Assembly (NCBI GenBank): GCA_965642175.1
Contig: CBFFLL010000003.1
Coordinates: forward strand, 4,192 to 36,583
Direction of reading: 5' to 3'
DNA length: 32,392 nucleotides
DNA from: Candidatus Methanoperedens nitratireducens
GTDB taxonomy: Archaea > Halobacteriota > Methanosarcinia > Methanosarcinales > Methanoperedenaceae
Part shown: positions 17,520 through 27,392 of the stretch, in pieces
Position numbering within the stretch: the first letter of the stretch is position 1
Layout of the letters: each line of letters starts with the position of its first letter
Program-made: the position numbers and the translations under genes
Notes under the pieces: generated by a model
The model's database searches: none
What the model was told of the DNA's origin: nothing
Seen by the model: the letters and a program-made list of their open reading frames with translations, nothing else

Positions 17520-18277
17520 GGTTCAACGGTCACGGTACCGCTGAATTTTTTCACGCCCCTGACTACGATATCGAAAGAGAATGTTCCTGTATTTTTGAAG
17601 ATATGGGTTGTTCTTTTATCATTATCCAGGAGCTTATCATCGAATAGACCATCCTTGCTAATTAAGGTTAAAGAGTAGGAGCCATCGTTTATCCAGACAA
17701 CTCCATCGCCCGCCTTGATTATAAGGTTTCTTTGCGCAGGAGCGTAAAAGCCTCTGTCGCGGTCTATTTTCACAGTTATATTTTTGCCTGTGTGTGTGGT
17801 GTGTGTGACCTGAGGGGCAGGAGTCGCAGTTACTATGGCAGAAGCCTTGGCCTCCGGTGTAGTGGTTGGCTGGATATCCCCGGACTCTCCGGGTACTTCC
17901 GGTATGAATGCCCAGACAATTCCCACAATAACAAGGAATGCAAGAGCTAATGTTATCACTCTATTCATATCCGGAATTCTTTGCTTCGATGCAGAAGGAC
18001 GCGGTCTTGTTTTTTCAGGATCATGCCTGGAATTTCCTGGTATCTGTTTTGTTTTTTCTGGAGCCTGCCTCACAACTTCGGGTTTCTTCTCCAGTTTTGC
18101 TCCGGCTTCAGGAGTAAGAGGTTTTGCTATGATATCTCCAGCCCCGGTTAAATCCCTGCTCCAGTTGCATTTTGGACATATATCTGCAACAGGAAAATCA
18201 ATACTGCCATGACCCAGATTTTTCTGTATAGTCCTTGTTACTAGCGTCTCACCGCATTTTGGACATTTGTCTACCAT
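17516..18277 (-). CDS. Zn-ribbon + TM + cupredoxin-like membrane protein
   Basis: CPKC...CPKC, a Pro/Lys linker, a single TM helix, a Thr/Pro linker, then 'IKAGDGVVWINDG...F..TGTF...GTVTV'. Confidence 0.7.
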   Translation of the reverse strand: MVDKCPKCGETLVTRTIQKNLGHGSIDFPVADICPKCNWSRDLTGAGDIIAKPLTPEAGAKLEKKPEVVRQAPEKTKQIPGNSRHDPEKTRPRPSASKQRIPDMNRVITLALAFLVIVGIVWAFIPEVPGESGDIQPTTTPEAKASAIVTATPAPQVTHTTHTGKNITVKIDRDRGFYAPAQRNLIIKAGDGVVWINDGSYSLTLISKDGLFDDKLLDNDKRTTHIFKNTGTFSFDIVVRGVKKFSGTVTVEP

Positions 18278-18368
18278 TACAACACCATCCTAATAATCAT
18301 TATTAAGACTTATTTATTTGAACATACATAAAATTATCTAATGGTGGTTTTTTTAACTAAAATTATAG

Positions 18369-18441
18369 GGCCCGGGTCGGGATTCGAACCCGAGTCGTAG
18401 GATCCACAGTCCCATAGGATGACCAGCTACCCCACCCAGGC
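18369..18441 (-). tRNA. tRNA-His (GTG)
   Basis: GCCTGGG acceptor pairs with CCCGGGC, discriminator C. Anticodon arm TGGGA-CTGTGGA-TCCTA. T-arm TCGGG-TTCGAAT-CCCGA. No intron, CCA not encoded. Confidence 0.96.
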
Positions 18442-18446
18442 ACCTG

Positions 18447-18472
18447 AAACCCCGTATTTAAATACGGGGTTT
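18447..18472. repeat. Perfect 26-bp palindrome AAACCCCGTATTTAAATACGGGGTTT
   Basis: Read directly. It lies 5 bp upstream of the tRNA-His 5' end. Confidence 0.9.
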
Positions 18473-18527
18473 ACAATGGGGGTATCCCCGTAAATGTATC
18501 TGCAAAGGATAAAGGTTTTGTTTCTCA

Positions 18528-18968
18528 TTAAGAATTACTTATAAAAATTTTCTCTGCAATGGCAATAGCATTGTCGGGCCTTGCAGGATATGCCCGCAGC
18601 TTTATTTCAGCCGTGATCGTGTCAGCCGCCGATGAAGCGAGTTTGACTGCGCCAGAGTAAGCCGTTTGTTTGTCGAACCTGATATGCAGGACGCATTCAT
18701 CATCTACCCTATCATAAAGTTCATTTCCCAATCTCTGGAGGTCGGGTTCAGATAATCCGGATTTCACTACATCTATGAACCTGTTGCAATCCTTTCTTTT
18801 TAAACGTGCATTCATAATGGTGATGCGGTTCCCGAAATGACCTTCGGTAACAATAGTTTCAATTTCATTATCAAAAATAAAAAGCGACAGGGCGGTTTTC
18901 ACCCTGTCCTCGCTTTCAGTTGCCCGGACGATAGCCCGAAATACTATATTATGTATATCTACCATCAC
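18528..18968 (-). CDS. DUF54 RNA-binding protein (rpl15e/exosome-operon type)
   Basis: '[12 protein letters not shown]', 'EGHFGNRI' and '[11 protein letters not shown]'. Overlaps the rpl15e stop. Confidence 0.85.
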   Translation of the reverse strand: MMVDIHNIVFRAIVRATESEDRVKTALSLFIFDNEIETIVTEGHFGNRITIMNARLKRKDCNRFIDVVKSGLSEPDLQRLGNELYDRVDDECVLHIRFDKQTAYSGAVKLASSAADTITAEIKLRAYPARPDNAIAIAEKIFISNS

Positions 18969-19552
18969 TTTCCGGTATTATTATGCGAACGCAGGCTAGG
19001 TCTTGTCTTCTCAGTACCAATACCCTTGCGCCTCTGGCCTCTGCCTTTTCTGCCAGCGCTTGTCTTTCCTCGATAGACGCGTCCTTTCTGATTAGCATTG
19101 GTGATCCATTTAAGGTTCTTATCGCTCTTTATCACCGGATGGCTTGTGTCCACAAGGATGGTCTCGTACCATTTGTGCCTGCCGTCCTGACCTACCCAGT
19201 AGCTGTTCAATACCTGCATGTTAGGGTAGCGCCTTGCTGCGCGCTCTTCTGCGATGCTCTGGATGCTCTTTCCAGGGGTAATCTTGTTAACACCCATGTG
19301 TTTTGTCCTTCTCCCACGGATATATCTTGATTTGCGCCTTCCACCGCGTCTTATTTTTACGCGGGCCACTATTATCCCCTGCTTGGCTTTGTATCCAAGG
19401 GATCTTGCGCGGTCAAGCCGTGTGGGGCGTTCAACCCTAACGACCGAAGTTTCTCTTCTCCACAGTTGCATTCTTTCCCACTGAAGTTCATCCACATAGG
19501 ATTCGTCAGGTTTTTTCCATGCGTCCCTGATAAACGCGTACATTGATTTCAT
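18965..19552 (-). CDS. rpl15e: 50S ribosomal protein L15e
   Basis: '[18 protein letters not shown]', '[11 protein letters not shown]', '[11 protein letters not shown]' and 'EKTRPS'. Confidence 0.98.
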   Translation of the reverse strand: MKSMYAFIRDAWKKPDESYVDELQWERMQLWRRETSVVRVERPTRLDRARSLGYKAKQGIIVARVKIRRGGRRKSRYIRGRRTKHMGVNKITPGKSIQSIAEERAARRYPNMQVLNSYWVGQDGRHKWYETILVDTSHPVIKSDKNLKWITNANQKGRVYRGKTSAGRKGRGQRRKGIGTEKTRPSLRSHNNTGK

Positions 19553-19636
19553 TGTGTGTTCACCTGCTGTTTTACGGTTCAGCCCTTACGGGCCACATCC
19601 CTGCGGGATTTTCTCCCGCCGCTTGCGCCTAGAACT
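19553..19636 (-). promoter_or_regulatory. Structured 5' leader of rpl15e (probable eL15 ribosomal leader)
   Basis: Hairpins GCGGGA-gaaaa-TCCCGC and GCCC-GTAA-GGGC (GNRA loop) lie just upstream of the AGGTGA SD. An eL15 r-leader motif is described for Euryarchaeota. Confidence 0.7.
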
Positions 19637-19690
19637 ATTTCATTGTAATTAAAGATATCCCAGATACGAACATGTTTTTCTCACCCCAAG

Positions 19691-19712
19691 GTATATAAAG
19701 CTTTAAATACCC
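19691..19712 (+). promoter_or_regulatory. TATA-box region of tbp
   Basis: GTATATAAAGCTTTAAATAC lies about 22-40 nt upstream of the tbp ATG, in the divergent rpl15e/tbp spacer. Confidence 0.5.
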
Positions 19713-19731
19713 TATAAAAAGGGTAAAGATT

Positions 19732-20298
19732 ATGACAAAATCTGAAGAGTCTGTAAAGTCTATTAAAATAGAAAATGTTGTTGCATCAACAGGGATCGGA
19801 GTGAAACTTGATCTTAATGAGGTCATAAGGGTACTTGAAGGAGCTGACTATAATAAAGAAAGGTTCCCCGGCGTTGTTTACAGGACAACCAACCCAAAGA
19901 CCGCAGCGCTCATTTTCGGAAGCGGTAAGATAGTATGCACGGGTGCAAAAAGCATCGATGACGTGAGCAGCGGGCTTAACAAGGTCTTTGATAAACTCAA
20001 AGCCATGGGTGTCGACATCCCGAATAAGCCTGAGATCACGATACAGAACATCGTGGCGTCTGCTGACCTTCATACCGTGTTGAACCTGAACGCTATCGCT
20101 ATTGGTCTTGGACTTGAGAACATCGAGTATGAGCCAGAGCAGTTCCCTGGTCTTGTGTACAGGCTGTCTGTCCCGAAGGTCGTAATGCTGCTTTTCGGTT
20201 CAGGGAAGCTCGTTGTGACAGGCGGCAAGAAGCCTGCGGACGCTGAGGCTGCAGTTGAGAAGATAGTTGAGGAACTGGATGGACTTGGGCTGATGTAG
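19732..20298 (+). CDS. tbp: TATA-box binding protein
   Basis: Two repeats: 'IENVVAS...[12 protein letters not shown]...[12 protein letters not shown]' and 'IQNIVAS...[12 protein letters not shown]...[11 protein letters not shown]'. Confidence 0.98.
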   Translation: MTKSEESVKSIKIENVVASTGIGVKLDLNEVIRVLEGADYNKERFPGVVYRTTNPKTAALIFGSGKIVCTGAKSIDDVSSGLNKVFDKLKAMGVDIPNKPEITIQNIVASADLHTVLNLNAIAIGLGLENIEYEPEQFPGLVYRLSVPKVVMLLFGSGKLVVTGGKKPADAEAAVEKIVEELDGLGLM

Positions 20299-20537
20299 CC
20301 CCGGTTTATATCTGATTTTTTTTACCGCCACTGGAATCGATAAGTTGATTTCTTTGGCTTTCAATCATCCGCGAAAATAATAATTTGCATGAAAAATTGA
20401 ACTTTTTCATACAGTATTATGGACCATCAGGTTCATGATTACTTTCGCCCCACTCTCATAAGGTTTAAACCATACCAACGCTAAGATGAGATGATAACTG
20501 TGCACCGCGATCAATAAAATGTGCACTGGAGATAAAT

Positions 20538-21515
20538 ATGGCAGAAAGAAAGGGTCTGGAAGATTTACCGGGCGTTGGTCCGGCGACAGCAGATAAATTA
20601 AAAGAAGCAGGTTATGGTTCGATAGAGGCCATAGCAGTATCGTCATCCTCAGAACTTGCGAGCGTTGCTGAGATAGGCGAATCCACGGCGCAGAAAATAA
20701 TCAACGCAGCCCGGCAGGCTGCGGACGTTGGTGGTTTTGAAACCGGCGATCTGGTTCTCGAGCGCAGGAAGCTTGTGGGAAAACTCAGTTTCGGAACAAA
20801 AGCATTTGACGACCTGATGGGCGGCGGCATCGAGACGCAGGCAATAACCGAATTCTACGGTGAGTTCGGCTCAGGGAAGACACAGGTGGGGCACCAGATG
20901 GCTGTTAACGCGCAGCTTCCGGTCGAGGAAAAAGGTCTTGGCGGCTCGGTGATAATAATCGACACTGAAAACACCTTCAGACCAGAGAGAATAATCCAGA
21001 TGGTAAAGGGTCTTTCTGTGAAAACCGGGATTGAATACGATCCCGAAGAATTCCTGAAAAACATCCATGTGGCAAAAGCATACAATTCAAATCATCAGAT
21101 ATTGCTGGTAGATACAGCTATGGATCTTGCAAACAAGTTAAAAGACACAGATAAACCTGTTCGTTTGATAATAGTCGATTCTCTCACGGCTCATTTCAGG
21201 GCAGAGTATGTGGGTCGCGGCACTCTGGCTGACAGACAGCAGAAGCTCAACAAGCACATGCATGAACTGATGAAGTTCGGAACCCTTTACAATGCCGCAA
21301 TACTTGTGACAAACCAGGTTATGTCAAAACCCGATGCGTTCTTCGGAGACCCCACAAAACCCATAGGCGGTCACATCGTAGGACATACTGCAACGTTCAG
21401 GCTGTACCTGCGCAAATCTAAAGGAGAAAAAAGGATAGCCAGGCTCGTGGACTCACCGAATCTTCCTGAAGGCGAGGCTATATTCTCTGTCACAACGGAA
21501 GGACTTAAAGATTAG
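20538..21515 (+). CDS. radA: DNA repair and recombination protein RadA
   Basis: HhH '[12 protein letters not shown]', 'GFET', Walker A 'GEFGSGKTQ', '[12 protein letters not shown]', '[11 protein letters not shown]' and 'PIGGH'. Confidence 0.98.
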   Translation: MAERKGLEDLPGVGPATADKLKEAGYGSIEAIAVSSSSELASVAEIGESTAQKIINAARQAADVGGFETGDLVLERRKLVGKLSFGTKAFDDLMGGGIETQAITEFYGEFGSGKTQVGHQMAVNAQLPVEEKGLGGSVIIIDTENTFRPERIIQMVKGLSVKTGIEYDPEEFLKNIHVAKAYNSNHQILLVDTAMDLANKLKDTDKPVRLIIVDSLTAHFRAEYVGRGTLADRQQKLNKHMHELMKFGTLYNAAILVTNQVMSKPDAFFGDPTKPIGGHIVGHTATFRLYLRKSKGEKRIARLVDSPNLPEGEAIFSVTTEGLKD

Positions 21516-21532
21516 AATACATATTAGGAAAT

Positions 21533-21809
21533 GTGGAATTCAAGGCTATCGTAGTTGATATTGACGGGACCATTACCTACAGTGACAGGAGCATTGACTG
21601 CAGGGCGGTTGAGGCTTTACGGGGCGTGAAGGTACCCGTCGTCATAGCAACAGGGAATGTACTCTGCTTTGCAAGGGCAGCATCGAAACTTGTGGGGACA
21701 GGAGGTCTCATCATAGCTGAAAATGGCGGCGAACATGATCACCAGGGGTGAACACGGTGCAGGAGTAGCTGAAGCCATACAGTATATTTCTGGAAAAACA
21801 GCAATATGA
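21533..21809 (+). pseudogene. Archaeal phosphoglycolate phosphatase (HAD) pseudogene with an internal deletion
   Basis: The N-terminus 'DIDGTIT...ATGN...IAENGG' is joined out of frame at about 21725-21731 to the C-terminus 'AANMITRGEHGAGVAEAIQYI...*'. Confidence 0.85.
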
Positions 21810-22012
21810 TCCAGTTAAATTCAAAATAACTGTTTTATTATACAATTAAAACCCATAATAGCCATCAAAAAACAACAGCACTGATTTTAAAACTGAAATA
21901 ACTATAAAAAATGTCGACGTATATTTATTTGCGGCAGCCTTCTATCGTATTTGAGTGTGCCGGATAATACCGGCATATCTCTCCCTAAGTTTATAAAACG
22001 GATATAAATATC

Positions 22013-22430
22013 ATGAACAACATGATACTTGAACTCCCCGACGAAGCCGGAGGAAAAAGTCTTGTTTATTATACCAGGCCGGGTGTGGAATCTAAAAATA
22101 ATGGTTTGAATATGATATATAATTCTCTCAAGAATGGGAGGACTTGTGTATTCATAGCTTCCAAAACGAAACCTTCTGTAATAAGGAAACAAGTCCATCA
22201 AGTCTTATCTTTTTTGATTCGTTATCCACATAATGGACCTTTGTGGTGAAGAAGTGACTGTTGAAGCTGTCAGGGTATGGAATAGAGAAGCAAAACTGTA
22301 CGGCCATGACATCGTATAAAATTTCACTGCCTGGCCGTATTCCAGACAGACACTTACTACACTCAGGAACATGACTGTGAACACAGGAAGCACAGAAAGA
22401 AGGGGACCTGCCCATGTTCGACAAAGGTTG
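22013..22430 (+). pseudogene. Degraded RAD55/KaiC-like ATPase-domain gene
   Basis: Fragments lie in different frames: 'GKSLVYYTRPGVES...GRTCVFIAS...PS', 'SLIFFDSLST*' and 'MDLCGEEVTVEAV...GHDIV*NFTAWPYS'. Confidence 0.65.
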
Positions 22431-22555
22431 TTGAAATCAAGTAAGGTATGTTAAAATAATGTAAGAAAAATTTTCCTGAACTTCAAAACGGTTAAATAGT
22501 TTAAATTATAGTTTTATTAAAGAGGGATACTATCGAGCTTAAATCAAACGATTTT

Positions 22556-22927
22556 GTGAAAGTGCTTGGAATAGTGGTCGGAATGGCTACTGTAATGGTT
22601 TCTGTAGCCTACGGCATCACATACATACTTGAGATCCACCCATATCCTGTCCCGCTGCATTATATATTTTTCATATTCGCGATCGGATTCGTGGTATTTT
22701 CAGTTTACTTTGAAAAGGAGAGAGGCGCCATATATCCCTGGTCGCTTATGGGAGGGGCGATAGTATCAGCGATAGTTTCGTTCATATTAACAGCAACCTT
22801 CGGCGGATTGATATACATATCTGAGAAAGGCTTCACTGTACTGGGAACTGATTCATGGTTTTATGCTCTTTCCATTTGCATTGTTCTAAGTATGATACTG
22901 TATAATCTCGCAAAAAATAAGTTATAG
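22556..22927 (+). CDS. Conserved 4-TM membrane protein
   Basis: Four hydrophobic segments. The frame extends upstream to an ATC at 22532, which follows a GAGGGA SD-like motif. Confidence 0.75.
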   Translation: MKVLGIVVGMATVMVSVAYGITYILEIHPYPVPLHYIFFIFAIGFVVFSVYFEKERGAIYPWSLMGGAIVSAIVSFILTATFGGLIYISEKGFTVLGTDSWFYALSICIVLSMILYNLAKNKL

Positions 22928-22935
22928 TCATTCCG

Positions 22936-23976
22936 TTATATCAACACATCTTCAAGCCCTGCTTCTCTTACAATATCAAGCGCCTTCTGGACCTCCACCG
23001 GCATAAGGCTTCGGTTAATTTCGAGATGCTCATAAGCCCTGTATGTCGGACGGTACTGGAACATCAGGTTGAACCTGACGTTCAGTATATTCTCTTTCAC
23101 CCACTTAACGATAGGCCCTGTGCAACAATCAAGATGACCCGGAAGAACAAGCTGCCTCAGCAGGATCTCCCCATCTGTGTAAGCCTTCTTGAAATTGCGC
23201 GTTACAACACTCCAGTAGTCAGGTACGTTGGAATATTTTTTTGCGCAATCATCATTCCCATATCTCATATCGCCAAGATATACATCCACCACACCCTCAA
23301 GCAGTTCTGCGACCTCCTTTGAATGGTACATATTGGAGTTCCAGACGACTGGGACATTGACCTTAAGGGCATTCAGTACCCTGAGGATGGTGTGTGTATG
23401 CGGCGTTGGCGTGACGAAATTCACATTCCTGGAACCGTATTCGCGGCGCAGTGTGATAATCCTTGCAAGCTCATGTGGTAGAATGGGAGTGCCGTCGCGG
23501 GGTGACTGGGAGATATCCCAGTTCTGGCAATAACCGCATCTAAAGTTGCAGCCTGTGAAGAATACCGTGTGGGACGGGACAAGTTCAGGCTCTTCTCCCT
23601 GATGCAGGAACTCGGCAGAATAGCGCGAGACCGCATCGATCCTGCAGTAACCTGTCTTTTTATGTTTGCGGTCAGCTCCGCAACGCCTCTCGCAGAAATT
23701 GCAGTTCTCAAGCATCATATTTGCGATCGTGACCTTAAGGTCAAGGAGCGAGGATGCAGCCGGGGGAGGAAGGTCATGCATAGAGCTTACACGTTCAATC
23801 CTCTCACGGAAGGACTTCATCGCCTCATCGTGCAGTCCCCATAGTTCAGGAAGTGAAGAATCTTTATTGAAATCAACTCTCACTGATCTTGAGATAAGGA
23901 ACTGTGAAGGGAGCCTGTCCCTCATCACTTCAAGATATCTCGCAAGATAGATCGGTTCTCGGTAATTCAAATTCAT
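22936..23976 (-). CDS. Radical SAM protein, PflX-like
   Basis: 'CNFCERRCGADR...GYC', 'HQGEEPEL', 'FTGCNFRCGYCQNWDIS' (CxxxCxxC) and 'RQLVLPGH..CC'. Confidence 0.92.
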   Translation of the reverse strand: MNLNYREPIYLARYLEVMRDRLPSQFLISRSVRVDFNKDSSLPELWGLHDEAMKSFRERIERVSSMHDLPPPAASSLLDLKVTIANMMLENCNFCERRCGADRKHKKTGYCRIDAVSRYSAEFLHQGEEPELVPSHTVFFTGCNFRCGYCQNWDISQSPRDGTPILPHELARIITLRREYGSRNVNFVTPTPHTHTILRVLNALKVNVPVVWNSNMYHSKEVAELLEGVVDVYLGDMRYGNDDCAKKYSNVPDYWSVVTRNFKKAYTDGEILLRQLVLPGHLDCCTGPIVKWVKENILNVRFNLMFQYRPTYRAYEHLEINRSLMPVEVQKALDIVREAGLEDVLI

Positions 23977-24065
23977 GATCGTTAGCTATTACAAAGCCTT
24001 TTTAGTCTTAAAGATTATCTTAACTCAATAATATTAAGGACGAACTAAAGGACGGTGAATATACA

Positions 24066-24296
24066 TTGGTAATAGGCGTAACACTTGTTAATGTGGTGCC
24101 GGGACAGGAAAAAGTGGCATATAATGGACTTCTTAAGATAAAAGGGATAAAAGACATATACCATGTTTTCGGAGAATTCGATTTCGTGGTGATAAGCAAT
24201 GTGGAAGGATTGAGCGCCCTGAACAAGCTCGTGGATACAATAAGGGAAAACGAGAACGTAACTTCAACTCAGACGATCGTAGGTGCAGAACTTTAA
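24066..24296 (+). CDS. Stand-alone Lrp/AsnC ligand-binding (RAM) domain
   Basis: 'VNVVPGQEK...IYHVFGEFDFVV...IR...VTSTQT'. TTG start after a GGTGA SD. Confidence 0.88.
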   Translation: MVIGVTLVNVVPGQEKVAYNGLLKIKGIKDIYHVFGEFDFVVISNVEGLSALNKLVDTIRENENVTSTQTIVGAEL

Positions 24297-24308
24297 GAGG
24301 ATGCCTTA

Positions 24309-26159
24309 ATGGTCATTGCCGAAGAGCTTGCGAAAAAGCAAAAAGCCATTAGCATCGCAGAATTTTTCGAGAAGAACAGGCAGATACTGGGTTTTGATTC
24401 TAGCCCAAGGTGTCTCTTAACTTCCGTAAAAGAAGCGGTGGATAATGCACTGGACGCGTGCGAAGAATCAGGGATACTTCCAGATATTTTCCTCAAGATA
24501 GAAAGCAAATCAAAAGATAACGTTACTCTTATTGTTGAGGATAACGGGCCTGGTATCGTTAAAGAGCAGATACCAAGGGTTTTTGCAAAATTGCTTTACG
24601 GCTCGCGCTTCCATTCAGTTAAACAGAGCAGGGGGCAGCAGGGTATTGGAATCTCGGCTGCGGTACTGTATTCTCAGCTTACATCCGGTCGACCCGTGAA
24701 GATAGTGTCCAAGATCGATAAGAAGGCGCCTGCACATTATTTTGAACTTCTTATAAACACGCAGACCAACGAGCCTGAGATCATAGCAGATAAGATAATA
24801 GAATGGGACAGGATGCGTGGAACTCGCATCGAACTTGAGATGGCTGCAATGTATGTTAAGGGCAGACGCCAGTCAGTGTATGAATACCTGAAGGACACCG
24901 CAATAGTGAACCCCCATGCCCGTATCACACTTATCGAACCTGACAACAACCAGATAGTTTTTGAGCGGGTAACTGATAAAGTACCGGTTCAGGCTGCAGA
25001 GATACTCCCGCATCCGCACGGTATCGAACTCGGGACACTTATGAAGATGCTGAGATATACAGAAAAAGACGAAATGGCGCTCTTTTTACGACATTCATTT
25101 TCACGTATCGGGCCGCAGACAGCATCTGAGGTCTGCAAGAAATCCGGTCTTGATCCTGAAAAAGACCCGAAGGAAGTTACACTTGATGAGGCAAAAAGAC
25201 TGCATGAGGCTTTCACTAAAGTAAAGATCTTAGCCCCACAAACAGACTGCCTTTCCCCCATTACCGAGGAACTCATCCGCAAGGGGCTTGAGAAGGAACA
25301 TACCATTGATTTTATCGAGACCACGACGCGCCCAGCCGCAGTACACAACGGGCATCCGTTCCAGGTAGAGGCTGGTATAGCATACGGTGGAAACCTCCCA
25401 AAGGATGGGAAGGTAGAGATACTTCGTTTTGCCAACCGGGTTCCGCTTCTTTACCAGCAGGGAGCGTGCGCTGTGACCCATTCAGTCGAGGGTATTAAAT
25501 GGAAGGCATATTCCCTCGACCAGCCGGGGAATTCGATACCAGTTGGTCCTGCGATAATACTTGTGCATGTGGCTTCCACGCACATTCCTTTCACTTCTGA
25601 ATCAAAAGAGGCGATAGCCGACGTGCCTGAGATAGCCCAGGAGATCGACCTTGCGCTGAAAGATGTGGGTAGAAGGCTCAAACTTTACCTGTCAAGGCAG
25701 GATAAGCTCGAACTGAGACGGGAAAAGGAAGAGATCATCCAGAAGTTACTTCCTCTTATCGCCAGGAAGGTCGGGGAGATACTTGACCGTCCAACTCCTG
25801 ATATTGGACCTGTCGTGGCAAAGATAATGGGCAACGTGTTCATCAAGAGGCTCATCTCACAAAATGGCAAGGGATGCGAGGTTGAGATACGGCTTAAGAA
25901 CCACAGCGATGCTGTGCGGCACTTTTCACTTCATGAGACACTGTCTTATGCCATTAAAGATCCAAGCCCTGAGCCTAAAAAGATCCCTCTTGGTAAGCAG
26001 ACCGATCATCTATGGAAGATATCTCTTAAGCCGCAGGAAGAGAAGGCCATTATTTACAGGCTGGATATCAATTCAGAGGAAGCGTCAAAACTCCCGCAGC
26101 TTGTGGCTGAGGGGATCGATGAGGAACTTATCACAGGCGCAAAGGTGGTGAACATATGA
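24309..26159 (+). CDS. top6B: DNA topoisomerase VI subunit B
   Basis: GHKL motifs '[10 protein letters not shown]', 'DNGPG' and 'SRGQQGIG', plus 'RFANRVPL' and 'PFTSESKEA'. Confidence 0.98.
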   Translation: MVIAEELAKKQKAISIAEFFEKNRQILGFDSSPRCLLTSVKEAVDNALDACEESGILPDIFLKIESKSKDNVTLIVEDNGPGIVKEQIPRVFAKLLYGSRFHSVKQSRGQQGIGISAAVLYSQLTSGRPVKIVSKIDKKAPAHYFELLINTQTNEPEIIADKIIEWDRMRGTRIELEMAAMYVKGRRQSVYEYLKDTAIVNPHARITLIEPDNNQIVFERVTDKVPVQAAEILPHPHGIELGTLMKMLRYTEKDEMALFLRHSFSRIGPQTASEVCKKSGLDPEKDPKEVTLDEAKRLHEAFTKVKILAPQTDCLSPITEELIRKGLEKEHTIDFIETTTRPAAVHNGHPFQVEAGIAYGGNLPKDGKVEILRFANRVPLLYQQGACAVTHSVEGIKWKAYSLDQPGNSIPVGPAIILVHVASTHIPFTSESKEAIADVPEIAQEIDLALKDVGRRLKLYLSRQDKLELRREKEEIIQKLLPLIARKVGEILDRPTPDIGPVVAKIMGNVFIKRLISQNGKGCEVEIRLKNHSDAVRHFSLHETLSYAIKDPSPEPKKIPLGKQTDHLWKISLKPQEEKAIIYRLDINSEEASKLPQLVAEGIDEELITGAKVVNI

Positions 26160-27259
26160 CATTCAAGAGCAACAAAGAACTTCACGATTCACAGGCAAAG
26201 ACAACGCTAAAGAAGCTGATCCAGGATTTCTACGAGCAGTTCGAGAGCGAGAACATCCCTCATATCGTGCTGCCCACCCGAACAAAGAAGAATATCGAAT
26301 TAAATGAAGTATCTGATGTGTGGGTATATGGGGACAGCGAGAGCATGCGCAGCGCCAAGACCGTTAAGGGTGCAAGGCAGATCCTCAAGACCTCGTACGT
26401 GGTTGATCTTCTTATCAAGGGCCATCTTGATCTGGACAAGAGTTCAACGCTCAGAGAACTTTACTATATCAGCGAGAACTGGGATATAGCGAAGTTCCAT
26501 GAGCAGACAGAGAGCGACCGGCTGATAGAGGACCTTGAGATAATCACAGGCTTGCAGCGTGAGGATTTCCATGTGCGCCCTGAGGAGAACGGAGCCACGA
26601 TGTTCGGACCTGTCAAGATCAAAGAGGTCACAAAGCGGGGCGAGCGCACCATGCACTGCCAGGAGGACGTTGGCGAGGCAGGGTACCAGATACCCTACAA
26701 TGTGGAGACTGTACAGTTCCTTGAGCATGATGCCAAGTTCATTATCGCAGTTGAGACCGGCGGTATGTACGACCGGCTCATCGAGAACGGATTTGATGAG
26801 AAATTCAATGCAATTCTTGTGCACCTGAAAGGGCAGCCTGCGCGAAGCACAAGGCGGCTTATCAAACGCATGAACGGGGAGTTGAAGATACCGGTCGTGG
26901 TTTTCACTGATGGCGATCCCTGGAGCTTTCGCATCTTTGCAAGCGTTGCTTACGGAGCTATTAAGACAGCGCACCTATCAGAGTTCATGGCTACGCCAGA
27001 GGCAAAGTTCATAGGGGTGCAGTCATCTGATATCGTGGAGTATGAGCTTTCCACTGATAAGCTCAATGACCAGGATATCAAGGCGCTTCATAGCGAGCTT
27101 ACAGATCCGAGGTTTGAGACTGATTATTGGAAAGAGCAGATAAACATGATGTTGAAGCTTGGGAAGAAGTCTGAACAGCAGGCTTTTGCTGGGAAGGGGC
27201 TGGATTATGTGACGGATACTTATCTGCCTGAGAGGCTGGGGGAGATGGGGGTGGTGTGA
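26156..27259 (+). CDS. top6A: DNA topoisomerase VI subunit A
   Basis: 'STLRELYY' (catalytic Tyr), TOPRIM 'AVETGG', 'KGQP.R.TR', 'DGDPW' and 'KSEQQA'. Confidence 0.98.
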   Translation: MTFKSNKELHDSQAKTTLKKLIQDFYEQFESENIPHIVLPTRTKKNIELNEVSDVWVYGDSESMRSAKTVKGARQILKTSYVVDLLIKGHLDLDKSSTLRELYYISENWDIAKFHEQTESDRLIEDLEIITGLQREDFHVRPEENGATMFGPVKIKEVTKRGERTMHCQEDVGEAGYQIPYNVETVQFLEHDAKFIIAVETGGMYDRLIENGFDEKFNAILVHLKGQPARSTRRLIKRMNGELKIPVVVFTDGDPWSFRIFASVAYGAIKTAHLSEFMATPEAKFIGVQSSDIVEYELSTDKLNDQDIKALHSELTDPRFETDYWKEQINMMLKLGKKSEQQAFAGKGLDYVTDTYLPERLGEMGVV

Positions 27260-27392
27260 AGATGATAAATATCAGGCAAACGGATTTTAAATTTTATTTC
27301 AGAGAATTCTAACTGAAATAACCGAGTTTAAAGACGAGATAAAATGTAATCGAAACGATGGCTTTAATATTAAAGATGAATATAATAAAATC

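Noticed and set aside
18300-18441. tRNA-His as integration site of an island
   Set aside because: I see no integrase and no duplicated tRNA 3' end in the window, and the flanking genes look chromosomal.
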